From Prorocentrum cordatum (lineage: Eukaryota): 64,000 bases of DNA. Shown here piece by piece: positions 14,240-27,014 of this stretch; position 1 is the stretch's first letter; each line of letters opens with the position of its first letter. The stretch is taken from positions 1 to 64,000 of the forward strand of contig CAUYUJ010000262.1 of NCBI GenBank assembly GCA_963575745.1. The letters run 5' to 3'. Below the pieces are notes generated by a model. That model was given only the letters and a program-made list of their open reading frames with translations, made no database searches and was not told where the DNA came from. The position numbers and the translations under genes were made by a program.

Positions 14240-16805
14240 TGGCAGCCCTCAGGAGCGGCGACGTCTAATTTTAGTCTGCGGCAAGTACCCATGATGCTGG
14301 CCTCCCCAGCGGCCCTCGAAAGTGGCGACAGCTTCTCAAATCGCAATCCCACAGAGACGACGAGGTCTAAGTTGGATCCGTTGTGAGTTCCCACTCTGCT
14401 GCCCCCCCACACCCCCGCAACTCCCGAAACTGGCAACAGTTTCACAGATCGCAGCTCCCCAGGGATGGCGATGTCTACGTTGGGCCCGCCGTGAGTACCC
14501 ACTCTGCTGTGCTAGCATCCCCAGCAGCCCTAAAAAGTGGCGACAGCCTCGCAGACCGCAGCCCCCCAGAGATGGCGAGGTCTAGGTTCGATCCGCGGTG
14601 GGTGCCCACTTTGGTTGGCCTCCACAGCAGCCCTCGAAAGTGGCGACATTTTCGCAGGTCGCAGCCCCCCAGGGATGGCGAGGTCTCATTTGGATCCGCG
14701 GTGGGTACCCTCTCCGTTGGCCTCCCCAGCGGCCCTCGAAAGTGGCGACAGCCTCGCAGATCGCAGCCCCCCAGGGATGGCGAGGTCTACGTTGGATCTG
14801 CGGCGAGTATACAGTCAGCTGGCCTCCCTAGCAGCCCTCCAAAAGGGCAATAGCTTCGCAGATCGCAGCCCCCCAGGGATGGTGAGGTCTACTTTGGATT
14901 TGCGGTGAGTACCCACCCTGCTGGCATCCCCAGCAGCCTTCGAAAGTGGCGACAGCCTCGCAGATCGCAGCCCCCCAGGGATGGCGAGGTCTAGTTTGGA
15001 TCCGCGATGAATGCCCACTCTGCTGGCCCCCCCAGCAGCCATCGAAAGTGGCGACAGTCTCGCAGACCGCAGCCCCCCAGGGATGGTTAGGTCTACTTTG
15101 GATCAGCGGCGAGTGCCCACTCTGCTGGCCCCCCCAGCAGCCCTCGAAAGTGGCGACAGCTTCGCGGATCTCACCCCCCCCCCAAGGGATGGCGAGGTCT
15201 ATTCTGACCCGCGGCGAGTACCCACCCAGCCGGCCTCCACAGCCGCCCTCGAAAGTGGCGACGGTCTCGCGGATCGCACCCCCCCCCAGGGATGGCGAGG
15301 TCTAAGTTGGATCCGCGGCGAGTACCCACTCAGCTGGCCTTCCCAGCAGCCCTCGAAAGTGGCGACAGCTTCGCAGATCGCGGCCCCAGAGGGGTGGCGA
15401 GGTCTAGTTTGGATGCACGGTGAGTACCCACTCTGCTGGCCTTCCCAGCAGCCCTCGAAAGCGGCGACAGTTTCACAGATCACAGCCCCCCAGGGATTGC
15501 GAGCGAGGTTTACTTTGGATCCGCGGTGAGTGCTCACGCTGCTGGGATACCAGGTTCGCAGATCGCAGCCCCCCCAGAGGCGGCGAGGTCCAATGTTTGT
15601 CCGCGGTGAGTACCCACTCAGCTGGCCTCCCTAGCAGCCCTCGAAAGTGGCGACAGTTTTGTAGACCTTAGCCCCCCAGGGATGGCGAGGTCTAATTTGG
15701 AATCGCGGTGAGTACCCACTCTGCTGACCTCCCCAGCAGCCCTCGAAAGTGGCGACAGTTTCGCAGATCACAGCCCCCCAGGGGTGGCGAGTTGGATCCG
15801 CAGTGAGTGCCCCCTGTGTTGGCCTCCCCAGCGGCCCTCGAAAGTGGTGACAGTTTCGCAGATCGCAGCCCCCCCAAGGGATGGCGAGGTCTAGTTCTCA
15901 TCCGCGGTGAGTACCCCCTCAGCTGGCCTCCCCATCAGCCATCGAAAGTGGCGACAGTTTCGCAGGTCGCAGCCCCCTAGGGATGGCGAGCTCTAATTTG
16001 GATCCGCGGTGAGTACCCACTCTGCTGGCCTCCCCAGCAGCCCTCGAAAGTGGCGACAGCCTCGCAGACCGCAGCCCCCCCAGAGGCGGCGAGGTCCAAT
16101 GTTTGTCCGCGGTGAGTACCCTCCCTGTTGACCTCCCCAGCAGCCCTCGAAAGTTGCGACATTTTCGCAGGTCGCAGCCCCCCCCAGGGATGGCGAGGTC
16201 TAATTCTGATCCTCGGGGAGTACCCTCTCTGCTGGCCTCCCCAGCAGCCCTCGAAAGTGGCGACCTTTTCGCAGATCGCAGCCCCCCAGGGGTGGCGAGG
16301 TCTACGTTGGATCCACGGTGAGTACCCTCTCTGCTAGCCTCCCCAGCAGCCCTCGAAAGTGGCGACAGTTTCTCAGATCGCTGCCCCACAGGAGTGGCGA
16401 GGTCTACGTTCGATCCACGGTGAGTACCCTCTCTGCTGGCCACCCCAGCAGCCCTCGAAAGTGGCGACAGTTTCGCAGATCGCGGCCCCACAGGGGTGGC
16501 GAGGTCTACGTTGGATCCACGGTGAGTACCCTCTCTGCTGGCCTCCCCAGCAGCCTTCGAAAGTGGCTACAGTTTCGCAGATCGCGGCCCCACAGGGGTG
16601 GCGAGTTCTACGTTGGATCCACGGTGAGTACCTTCTCTGCTGGCCTCCCCGGCAGCCCTCGAAAGTGGCGACAGTTTCGCAGATCGCGGCCCCACAGGGG
16701 TGGCGAGTTCTACGTTGGATCCACGGTGAGTACCCACTCTGCTGGCCTCCCCAGCAGCCCTCGAAAGTGGCTACAGATTCGCTGATCGCAGCCCCCCAGC
16801 GACGG
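14240..16805 (+). repeat. 101-bp satellite, subfamily B
   Basis: Same cagcagccctcgaaagtggcgacagtttcgcagatcgcagcc core, but the variable half reads ttggatccgcggtgagtacccactctgctggcctcccc. Confidence 0.95.
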
Positions 16806-17074
16806 CAGGATGCATACACAACGGGTACGCACAAAGCAAGAGGAGACAAGAGGGAAGCGGGAGGCGGGAGGAGGAGGACGCGACCGCAGTGCTATATTCA
16901 CAGCGAATACCCAATCAAGGAGGGTTGGGAAAAACATTGGGGCTTCGTTCGTGTCCCTAGCAGCCCGTCCAGGAACGATGTCCATGCGAGTTGTCACGAC
17001 AAGAGAAGCGTAGAAACATAGTGTAGAGCAGAGAGGAGTGCTGCCGTTCTCTTTTGAAGGAGGAAGTAGGAAGT

Positions 17075-17390
17075 AGGCGGTGGAGGTGGAGGAGGAGGAG
17101 GAGGAAGAGGAGCAGGAGGATAAGGGAGGAGGGAGGTGGAGGAGGAGGAGGAGGAGCAGGAACAGCAGGAAGAGGCGGAGTAGGAGCAGGAGGAGGACGA
17201 GGAGGAGGAGGAGGAAGGCGAACAGAAGAAAGAAGAAATTGGCAGGACACCCTCCCACTCAACTGCAGGTGGCCCGAGGTGGGAGATAGGAGGAGGAGAA
17301 GGAGGAGGAGGAGGAGGAGGATAAGGAGGATCAGGAGGGTAGAGAAGATGAGAAGGATAAGGAGGAGGGCATGCAAGGACGATGACGACT

Positions 17391-17449
<59 letters not shown>

Positions 17450-17456
17450 CACGACC

Positions 17457-17491
<35 letters not shown>
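17075..17491. repeat. (GAG)n and (GAC)n microsatellites
   Basis: Direct reading. Similar tracts occur at 18260-18585, 21945-22090, 22211-22748, 24485-24680, 25800-26530, 26790-26940, 47820-48050, 53345-54170 and 56870-57190. Confidence 0.95.
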
Positions 17492-18000
17492 CATAGGAGT
17501 CATCCATACAAGGTCTTCGCGGATCGTTCGCTTTGGCACCTGTCTGGAAGCCTCTCTTGGAGCCCTCCTGGAGGCCGTGGGGGCCCTCCTGGGGCCACTC
17601 TGGAGGACATCCATCACACAGGGGCAGTTTCCGCATGCGTTCACCCACTCATGTCAGCACACCACTCACAAGTTTTCATGCCTCCATATGGAGCTCCAAA
17701 CGAAGGCCCGACTAGCGAAGTCCGTACAGCGTCTCGGGTCCACTTCGGCACACCCATCACGCGTCACACGCTTCGTGGCCCCATAAGGGAGCTCCACCGA
17801 ACACTCCAGTGGCTCCGCTCGCATGAAGTCTCGGCTCTCTCGGGACACCCCTCACACAATTCGTGGCCCCAACCTCCAGGCCGTTTCGGTGGACCGTTTT
17901 CTAGTGCTTATGTGGTTTATTCTTGTTTTTTCTGGATAGATATGTTTTTGTTCAAAACGGCTTCAAAAAATGCTCTGCCGCTTCTGGGGCCAAAACTCAG

Positions 18001-18240
18001 GTCGAAGGACGGGGGGCCCTCCTCCTCCACCACCCTGCCGAGACCTCCGCCACCAAGACGACCACCACGCAGCAGCCGCCGACGGCCGCACCGACGAAGG
18101 CGCCTGCAGCGCCGACGCCGGCGCCGCCGACAGCCGCGCCGACGCAGGCGCCTGCTGCGCCGACGCCGTCGCCGCCGGCGGCCGCGCCGATCCAGGCGCC
18201 GGCGTCGAGCTGCGCCGCCGGCTGCGAGTGGAGCGAGCAG
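18001..18240 (+). CDS. Candidate host exon encoding a Pro/Thr/Ala-rich linker (PTAAPTxAPAAPTP repeats) followed by CAAGCEW
   Basis: Preceded by CAG and followed by AG|GA, a dinoflagellate-type donor. GC3-rich codons give ETSATKTTTTQQPPTAAPTKAPAAPTPAPPTAAPTQAPAAPTPSPP. The first approximately 35 nt may read better in another frame. Confidence 0.45.
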
Positions 18241-18898
18241 GAACGAGGGTGGGGGGAGAAGGAAGGAGGAGGAGGAGGAGGAGGAGGAGGAGGAGGAGGA
18301 AGAGGAACAGGAGGAGGAGGAGGAGCTGGAGGATGAGGAGCAGGAGGAGGAGGAGGAGGAGGAGGAGGAGAGAGGAGGAGGAGGAGGAGGGAGGAGGAGG
18401 GAGAGAGGAGGAGGAGGAGGAGGGGGAGGTGCGGGACGGACGGGACGGACGGGGGAGGGACGGGAGGGGGGGGGAGGGGGCAGGGGGAGGGAGGGAAGGG
18501 GACGGGAGGGGAGGGGAGGGGAGGGGGGGGGAGGGAAGGGGAGGGAGGGAGGGAGGAGGAGAAGGAGAAGGAGGAGGAGGAGGAGTGCGAGGCGCGTGCG
18601 CCAGCGGCTGGCACCGCGCGCCTTGGCCCCGCACGGCGCGTTGGCCGCGACGCGTCGGTGCTTGTTGCGTTTGGGTCGCGCGGCGGTGACGCGTGTTTCG
18701 ATACAGCGAAGCGAAGCGAAGAGGGGAGAAGGAAAGAGAGAGGAGAAGAGGGAGGAGGGATCACCATGTGACGGGAGTTGGGGAGATACGGAAGCCCTGC
18801 ATGCTTTGCGGCAGGATACCTTGCCGCTCACCCACTGCCAGTTCCTCCCGCTCGCGGCCCAAAAACCTCGAGCATGCCGCGCGTTTCCGCGATGGCAG

Positions 18899-19034
18899 GG
18901 CCACGACCATGATCCGTCCAGCGTCATCCACGCAGAGGCCCGTGGCGCCGCCCTCGTCGACCGAGACGATCACCACCTCCAGGCCCAGCCGGGGACGGCG
19001 GAACAACCGAGCTCGCACGCCGACGGACATCGAG
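18899..19034 (+). CDS. Candidate host exon (ATTMIRPASSTQRPVAPPSSTETITTSRPSRGRRNNRARTPTDIE)
   Basis: CAG acceptor at 18896-18898, GAG|GT donor at 19035 and GC3-rich codons. In phase with the next candidate exon across a 66-nt GT-AG intron. Confidence 0.4.
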
Positions 19035-19100
19035 GTGGCCAGACCTTTGTCATTGCCACCGCCACGGCCCGACATGCGCGGCGTGAGAGCGTCTGTTCAG

Positions 19101-19200
19101 GCGTCGTCCCACGACTTCGGCCTCGTCGTCGACCGCCATGCCGCTGCCGTCCGCCCCCGCGTTGCGGAGCTGCGGCCCGCCGCCGCCGCGTTCATCAAAG
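19101..19200 (+). CDS. Candidate host exon (ASSHDFGLVVDRHAAAVRPRVAELRPAAAAFIK)
   Basis: ttcag acceptor ending at 19100, AAG|GC donor at 19201 and GC3-rich codons. Confidence 0.4.
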
Positions 19201-19699
19201 GCTCTAGGAGCGGCCGCAGCGCGGCCAGCGCCGCCGCGCCCTCGGGGCCGCCGCCCGTTCAGCGCTGCGACGGCTGCGCGCAGCACCCGTTCTCCCTTGT
19301 CGGAGCGACCTGCGGCGACGCCACGGGCCGCGTGCCGCGGGCCGCATGCGCGGCCAGTCGCGCGCCCCGCGCGGGGTATCCGCGGTCCAGTGCCTCCCAT
19401 GCGTCGCCACTGGCAGCGGTGCGCCGCGGCAGAGCCAGCGGTGCGAACTCGAACCGACTTGGGCTGAGGAGAAGGGAGGGGGCGGGGACCAGAGTAAGCC
19501 GCGGATGCATCAACGATGTGCACATCCGCCAGAATATCCCTCCACAGGTCTCTACAAGCCCTTCTCTTCAATGCAAGAAGTGCCCCCTTGAGAGGCGAAC
19601 ACACCATGGGCTTGGCGAACTCCGTCTATTGAGAAGGATCTGCGTTGTACTCTTCTAGCGGATTATGAAGAACACGACACGAAAAGCTAGACTCATAAA

Positions 19700-20610
19700 G
19701 TCCAACGATGTGTTCAGCGAGAGCCCCGCTTTGAAAAAGAACAGCCCCCCAGCCGTGCAATCGTTGTGCCAGCTTTCACTGCTGGCAACAAAATCTGAGT
19801 AGAGGAAATGTCAAGCGACGCTCGAGCTTGAAAAGGAACCGCCCTCCATCCGTGCAGCTGTTATGTCTTTGCTAGCTTCCGGCCGTTAGATATGAGGTGG
19901 CTTCCAGCGAGAGCCCCATGTTTAAGAGCAGCCGTCTCCCATCCTTGGAACGGTTTCAAATTTCAAAGCTGGATTTGCACGGCGCTAAAGGCGAGAGCCC
20001 CAGTGCGAAAACGAATTGCGCTCCACCCGCGTAAGAGTCCCAGGCTTTGAAGGCGAATGGGCGCGGTGCTAAAGCGAGGGCCCCACCTTGAAAAGGTATG
20101 TGATTCAAGCTTGTAAGACGAATGTGCGCGGCGCTATTGGGACCTGGAATCGTTGCAGACTCATAAGACGAATGTGCGCGGCGCTAGGACGAGAGCCCGA
20201 TTTAGAAAAGGGCAGCCATCCATCCGTGTAACTCCTTCAAGCCATGGAGACGAATGTGCGCGGCGCTAGGATGAGAGCCTCATTCTGAAAAGGGCCCGCC
20301 CCCCATCCTTGCAGCTGCCGCAAGTTTGAAAGACGAGTGCGCGCGGCGCTAAGAAGGCAAGAGCCCCATGTCGAAACGGGCCCGCCCTCGACCCTCTATT
20401 CTCGTGGGTGTTGCACGTTTGTGTTCTCCCCGCTCCTCCTCTTGCTGCATGGTGGCAGAATTCGCTCCAATGGCATCCTCGCTTATGCATCCCATCGCCA
20501 GCGCAGACGTCCCCTGCCCGGCCGCCGACGCAAAAAATGTTCTTGTTCGACGAATGGAGTGGCGCCCAGGCGAGATCCCCGTTTTGAAAGTGACCTCCCC
20601 CCTCCATCCG
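19700..20610 (+). repeat. Diverged approximately 82-bp tandem repeat, also dispersed elsewhere
   Basis: gacgaatgtgcgcggcgcta occurs at about 20117, 20167, 20249 and 20332, each usually followed by gagagccc...tgaaaa. Related units lie at about 25215-25340, 39320-39600 and 41780-42020. Confidence 0.8.
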
Positions 20611-21152
20611 TGCGTCTGCTGCAAATCTCAGGCTTCCAGGATCCTCAATGGCCCCTCGGGCTGCCCCGAGTTCGTGAGAGCCGCATCTGTCGTGCGGGTG
20701 TCGGCTGCAGCTGCTGGACCCCTTGCTGGGCTGCGTGGACTCCTTGGGGCGGTGGGGATCCGAAGTCTTGGCCGCCTCCTGCATCCTCTGCGCTGCTCCC
20801 TCTCACGACGGGAGGTGTTCCGCTGTGTACGGCCTCCGAGGGGCCCTTCCCGGGCCACGGGGCCGTCTGAAAACGACTCGGGATGAAAGACCGGCCCCGG
20901 GGAAGGGGTCGGACCTCTGGGGGTCGACGTTGCGAAAAAGACACGACGTCGGGGGTCGTGGGCCCCTCGCACTGAGCTGTTCGGGAGCTTCTGCCCCCGG
21001 CGCGGGGCCCCGCTCTCGCCCCACTGGTGCCAGATGGGGCTCCCCAGGCGGGCCGAGGGTGTCCAGGGAGACGCTCGGCCTTGCATGCATCACTGCCCGC
21101 AGGGGCCTTGAGAGCTTAGGCTTGGCCCAGACCAGCCCCCAAAGCACCTTCA

Positions 21153-21328
21153 CAGTGGAAGCCCACGCCAAGAGACACCCTGCTTGCCTCCAGGGTGCTC
21201 TGAGTTCCTTGGGTTTCGACGGTTTTGCTATGGAAAGCGTGACGTTCCCACACCGAAAATCCATGGACGTCCTGGGGTCTCAAGGTTGGGTTTCTCGTGG
21301 AAGGTTTCTTGTGGTCGAGCTTTTATTG
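21153..21328. mobile_element. Approximately 176-bp pogo/Tc1-type MITE, older copy
   Basis: Aligns along its length with 40296-40471 (same orientation) and 23297-23476 (reverse). Ends are degraded (cagtgg...attg, then ta). Confidence 0.75.
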
Positions 21329-22211
21329 TACCTTTTTCACCTCCTCCCGCCCAAACCTCCAACGCTGTCTTCTTTCCCAGTGTGGACCCTCGGATGTCCC
21401 GACCCTTCCCCTGAGACCGGCTTCTCTCGGGCCCCAAGGGCGCGGCTGTGGCCTTTCAGAGACCGAGCGAGCATGACGACAAAAACCTCCGTCGTGATTT
21501 TTGTTTCACGACGCGAGGAAGGCTGGGTCATCCTCCCCCCCAGACCCAGACCCCTCGAGCCATGAAAAAGTATCACAACAGGAGGCATCCCGTCATGTTC
21601 GGCCTCGGGGGGCCTTTGCTGGGCTGCGGGACCGTCAGAAAACGGCCCGGGACAAGAATCCAGACCTCCGACGTCGTCACTGTTTCACAACCTCGACCCC
21701 GGTCTGGACCCCTTCCCCAGGACCGGTTCTTCATCCCGAGCCGCTTTTTGATTGTCCCGAGGCCTGGGAAGGGCCCTCGGAGGCCGAACAGAGCGAAGAA
21801 CCTCCCGTCGTGATTTTTCCACAGCGCGAGGGGGTCTGGGGAAGGAGCCCGCACAGCCGGGGGGGCCGGCGCTGTGAAGAGATCGTGGCGTCGGGGAGCC
21901 GTGCCTGGATCTCGGCGGCGCGCCCCTCGGGAGGGGGTTCCTGCTCCTCCTCCGCCTCCTCCTCGTTGTCGTCCTCCTCCTCCTCCGCCTCCTCCTCCTC
22001 CTCCTCCTCCTTCTCCTCCTCCTCCTCCTCCTCCTCCTCCTCCTCCCCCTCCTCCTCCGCCTCCTCCTCCTCCTCCTTCTCCTCCCCCTCCAGCGAGAGA
22101 GTGGCGGGCGGCAGAGCGTCTCGGAAGGCCTCCGGCCGTCTGAGAAGCCCTCCGCGACTCTGGGCAAGGCTCGGAAGGCTTCTCCGAGACGCCTTCTAAG
22201 CAGCCTCTCCA

Positions 22212-22276
<65 letters not shown>

Positions 22277-22308
22277 CACGGCGGCGGCGGCGGCGGCGGC
22301 GGAAACGG

Positions 22309-22476
<168 letters not shown>

Positions 22477-22511
22477 CACGGCGGCGGCGACGGCGACGGC
22501 GGCGGCGGCGG

Positions 22512-22611
<100 letters not shown>

Positions 22612-22657
22612 CGCGACGGCGACGGCGACGGCGACGGCGATGACGACGGCGGCAGTT

Positions 22658-22693
<36 letters not shown>

Positions 22694-22695
22694 TT

Positions 22696-22751
<56 letters not shown>

Positions 22752-23296
22752 GGCTTAGAGGCCAGAAGCCTTCTGAGAAGCTTCTCCGAGAAGGTCCACT
22801 CAGGCTGCCTTTCCCCTCAGGGGCGCGGCCGAGGAGCCCTCAAGAAAGGGGTGGTCAGCGAGGTGCGGGTGGACCACCTGCCGTGGTTCTTCTTCACGCC
22901 TCGCGTATCCCCGCCAGCCAGTTCAGAAACGTTGCACAAGAGAGCTGACGGGAAAGCAGGCGAAGAGACACCTACAGCGAAACACAGAGGGCAATCAGGA
23001 TGAACAGAGAGATCTATGGGAGCAAGGAGATGACCTTGGAGGGCCTCTTCGGGCCATCCCTGGAGCCCGCGGGGTGGAGGAGGAGAAGGAGGAGGAGGAG
23101 GAGGTAAACCCCTGAGGGGGCCCAACTGGGCCTCCCTGGGGGAACCGGCTGCGTCTGAAGACACTGAAGCCGTTAGGACATAGGAAATAGAAGGCAAACC
23201 GCCTCTTGGGGCCCTTGTGGGACGCTCTTTGGGCCGTCTTGGGGCCCTCCTGGGGCCTTCTTGGAGCTCTCTTGGTGCCCTTGTGGGAGCCCTGTA

Positions 23297-23476
23297 CAGT
23301 GGGGGGCCAGTCCACAACAAGAAGCCTTCAAGAAACCCCACCCTGAGACCCCAGGACGTCCATTGATTTTCGTTGGTGTGGGAACGTCACGCTTTCCATC
23401 GCAAAACTTTCGAAACCCAAGAAACCCAGGGCACCCTGGAGGCAAGCAGGGTGTTTCTTGGCATGGGCCCCCACTG
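23297..23476. mobile_element. 180-bp pogo/Tc1-type MITE
   Basis: TA|CAGTGGGGGGCC ... GGCCCCCACTG|TA, i.e. CAGT termini with TA target duplication. Confidence 0.88.
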
Positions 23477-23479
23477 TAA

Positions 23480-24055
23480 GGCTTCTTGGGGCCATCTTAT
23501 AAGGCGTCGATCAAAGGACGGGGGGTCCCCGATTTCCACCCCCCCAGGGGCCATCAAAATCGTCTCTTGGGGCCCTCTTGCGGCGCTGGTGGGCCGCGCT
23601 TGGGGCCGTCTTGGGGGCGCCTGTTGGACCCCTTTTGGGCCTCTCTCGGGCCATCTTGAGGCTTCGGAAGCGCATCGGAAGCGAGAAGGCGAGAAGGCAA
23701 AAGTCATGAACTGTCTTGGGGTGTTTGAAGGATTGGGGCCTCTTGAGGGATCCTAAGAGGGTTCCGAGAGCACTTGGAACCGTCTTGTGGCCCCCAGCGG
23801 GTCTCTTGGAGGTGTGTCGGGAATTATATTGAACCCTCAATGGCTATCCTGAGCCATCTAGGAGGCGATCTTGGAGCATCGATCGCCCTCTTGGAGCCAT
23901 CTTCGGCCATCTTGGGCGCCCTGACAGCTCACGGAACCCCCCAAACAAAAACCTCAGCGAGGTGAGGGGGAGGGTACTCCTCCCCGGGGGGAAGAGAGCT
24001 TGGGAAGAGAAAAAAGGTGACACTAGACCATCTTAGCCCAAAGGGCTGGTGAGAT
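23480..24055 (+). repeat. Dispersed TCTTGGGGCC-rich repeat element with a 3' hairpin-like end; second copy at about 27970-28700
   Basis: Shared blocks gggccatcaa, agcgcatcggaagcga-aaggcgagaa and ccgagagcacttggaaccgtcttgtggccc. Ends are accatcttagcccaaagggctggtg and accaccttaccccaaacgcctggtgg. Confidence 0.8.
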
Positions 24056-24992
24056 CTGCCTTGCTGTGTGTTCCTGTCGCGGCGCGAGAAGGCCTGGTTC
24101 CTCTTCTTGAAACCCCCAGCCCAGACATCCGACGGCGTGATGTTGTTCCCTCCGCGGCTCCAGAGCTCCCGACCCCTAAACCCCCGGGGCTTGTTCTCGC
24201 CCCGGGGCCGTTTTTGACGGCCCCGGAGACTAGCAACAGGCCCCAGAGGTCGAAACCGAGGGAAAATGCCCGGAGTGCAGAAATCATGTCGTCGGAGATC
24301 TGGGAGAGGAGTGGTCGGCAAAGTGCGCGTGGACCATCTGCAGCGGCTGCCCCAAGTGCACCTGACCGGGCCCTCGGCGCGCGGCAGCAGCGCCCCCCGT
24401 CAGTAGCTCCCCGGCCAAAGTCGTCGGGCGCGGGCCGCACGCGGCGGCTGCCGAGGCGAGCCGCGAATTCCTGACGCACGAGCGGACGACGAGGAGGAGG
24501 AGGAGGAGGAGGCCTTCCGCCTCCTCCTCCTCCTCCTCCTCCTCCTCCCCTCCTCGTCGTCGCCGTCGTCCTCCTCCTCATCCTTCTCCTCCTCCTCCTC
24601 CTCCTCCTCCTCCTCCTCCTCCTCCTCCTCCTCCTCCTCCTCCTCCTCCTCCTCCTCCTCCTCCTCCTCCTCCTCCTCCCCCTCGTCTGGTCTGCTTGTC
24701 ACCTCCATAGTGTCCTACATGTATCTCTCACCAGCAGGCGACCCCTGGAGCGGTGCTCCAGCGGTCACATGCCATTAGTTTGATCAACCCCCCGAGGGCC
24801 GACGGGTCCTGGGGGGTGGAAGGCGGCAATCGACGATTTCTCGCGCCATCGGGAATCAGGAGGAGGATGAAAGCCAGTGCAGACCCAAGGCTCCTCCAGG
24901 CTCCCTCGTCCCAGGTCCCTCCAAGACTATTATCCTCATTGCGGCAAGGACCCTGTGGAAGACAAGTGTCTGAGAATCCCCAACAGTGACAA

Positions 24993-25160
24993 AACACCAT
25001 TCCTGGGACATCAACGCCGCGAATCCGCTTGACTGCTGCGTCCTGACAATCCTAACTCGTGCCAGAACACCAGTCCTGAAACTTCAACACCGCAAATCAA
25101 CGTGACTGCTGCGTCTTGGCATTGCTTGATCGTACCAAAACACCAGTTCTAGGACTTCAC
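24993..25160 (+). repeat. 73-bp tandem repeat (about 2.3 copies)
   Basis: aacacca at 24993, 25066 and 25139. tgactgctgcgtc appears twice. Confidence 0.8.
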
Positions 25161-25917
25161 TATCACGAGTAATTCAAAATTGATGCACAAAAGTTGAGGA
25201 CGATGCTGCATTTGCTTAACAGATGTGCACGGCGCTGAGACCAGAGCCACATTTTGAAAACCGGCCGCATTCCATGTTTGCAACAGCTGCAAGCTTCAAG
25301 CTTCAGATCATACTTGGCGAGGAAGGCCAAGGCCAAACGTCCGGCTCGCCCGACGGGCACGTCTGCGGGCGCGACAGGGAGGAGTTGTTTAAAAGGGAAA
25401 GGGAAAGGGATGGAGGAGGAGGAGGAGGAGGAGGCGGCGGGGGAGGCGGCTGAGGAGGAGGAGGAGGGAGGGGGAGGAGGGGAGGTCCAACCCTGTGATG
25501 CCCCCTCTGCATCCCCATCGATTCGGGTGGGTCCAGGGGCTCTACGAAGTCATGGCCGAGAGAAGTAACATTGCTTAGGAGCTTCACAGTTTCTGGATAG
25601 GGGTGAGGACTCCTGTCCAGTTGTGCCTTTGACTCGTGGTGGATTTCTGGTTTGCGGGGGGGGGGTCCTTCAGAAGCCTTCACCACAGGATCGGACAGCG
25701 GAAAAGAGGAAGAGGGGGGAGGAGGAGGGGGAGGGAGGACGGGAAGAGGGAGGGAGGGGGAAAAGGAGGGATCGAGGGAGGGAGAGAGCGAGCGAAGGAG
25801 GGGAGCGACGATGACGACGAAGAGAAAGAACAAGAAGAAGAGGAAGAATAAGAAGAAGAAGAAGAAGAAGAAGGAGAAGATAAACAATAAGAAGAAGAAG
25901 ACGGCAAAGACGCGGAA

Positions 25918-26047
<130 letters not shown>

Positions 26048-26056
26048 ACGGCGACA

Positions 26057-26091
<35 letters not shown>

Positions 26092-27014
26092 GGGGAAGGA
26101 TGCGAGGAGAGAGGAGGGGCAGGAGGGAAGGAAGAAGAGCAGCAAGAGCAAGAGGAAGGATGAGCGCGGGAGAAATGGAAAGAATAAGGAGGGGAAAGAA
26201 GGGAAGGAGGGAGGAGAAAGCTGGAAGATGAGAGAGAGGGAGGGTGGGCGGTAGGGTGGAGAAGGAGGAGGAGGAGGAGGGCGACGACGACGACGACGAC
26301 GACGACGCTGACGACGACGCTGACGACGGCGACGAGAACAGTGAGGAACACGAGGGAAGGGGAGAAGGGAAAAGAAGGAGGAAACGACGAAGAGGACAAA
26401 GAGGGGCAAGAGCGAGCTCGAGCAGAGATGAGAGGACGGAGGGGTAGCAGAGGCAAGGGCGAGGGAGTCAGGGAGGGAGAGGAGCGAGAGGAGCGAGAGG
26501 AGGAGAAGGAGGAGGAGGAGGCGCAAGCGGAGGGGCAGGCGAGGACGGCGTGAACGCATGAGCCCAACGTGTACCCCTTGGGCCACAATGGCCACGGTGC
26601 CCTGGGGTGGGCTTGCCGTACTGGTCCCCAGTGCCGCGTCCTTGCCCTCGGAGTCTCGGCGTCCTGGAACCGTGCTCTCGCAGCAGACGTTTTCACAATT
26701 TACAAGGTTCGCTTCGGTACCCCGGCCGCCCGACCCGCCCATTTCGTGGGATGGAGGGGAGGAAAAGGAAAACGACGACGACGAGTACAGATGAGGAGGA
26801 GGAGGAGGAGGAGAAGGAGGAAGAGGAAGAGGAGGAGGAGGAGGAGGAGGAGGAGGAGGAGGAGGAGGAGAAGAAAGGCGGAAGGGAAAGAGAAAGACGA
26901 GGAGGAGGAGGAGGAGGAGGAGGAGGAGGAGGAGGTGGAGGTAGAGAGAGACATGGTGTAGGTAGCGACGAAGGAGCGAGGAGGGTAGGGAGGTAGGGAG
27001 GCGAAGAGAGATCG

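Larger units (their letters stand above)
9027..16935. mobile_element. Three head-to-tail non-autonomous elements (Helentron/DINE-1-like) with central 101-bp tandem repeats
   Basis: Units are about 9027-10731, 10732-14041 and 14042-16935. Each starts with a head containing cccaaccc and ends with a cccaa(c)...gggttggg hairpin plus an A run (10709-10732, 14020-14041, 16910-16934). The head block 9027-9246 is repeated at 10732-10960. Confidence 0.55.

Noticed and set aside
9247..16805. CRISPR-like array or repeat-protein gene
   Set aside because: Whole 101-bp units are homologous with no unique spacers, the unit length is not a multiple of 3, and there are no cas genes.
17054..19207. 717-aa ORF
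   Set aside because: Chance read-through of GAG/GAC microsatellites and GC-rich sequence; no coherent domain.
20632..20815. Possible further exon (cag|gcttcc...gag|gt)
   Set aside because: No single convincing reading frame, and the 3' boundary coincides with a dispersed repeat.
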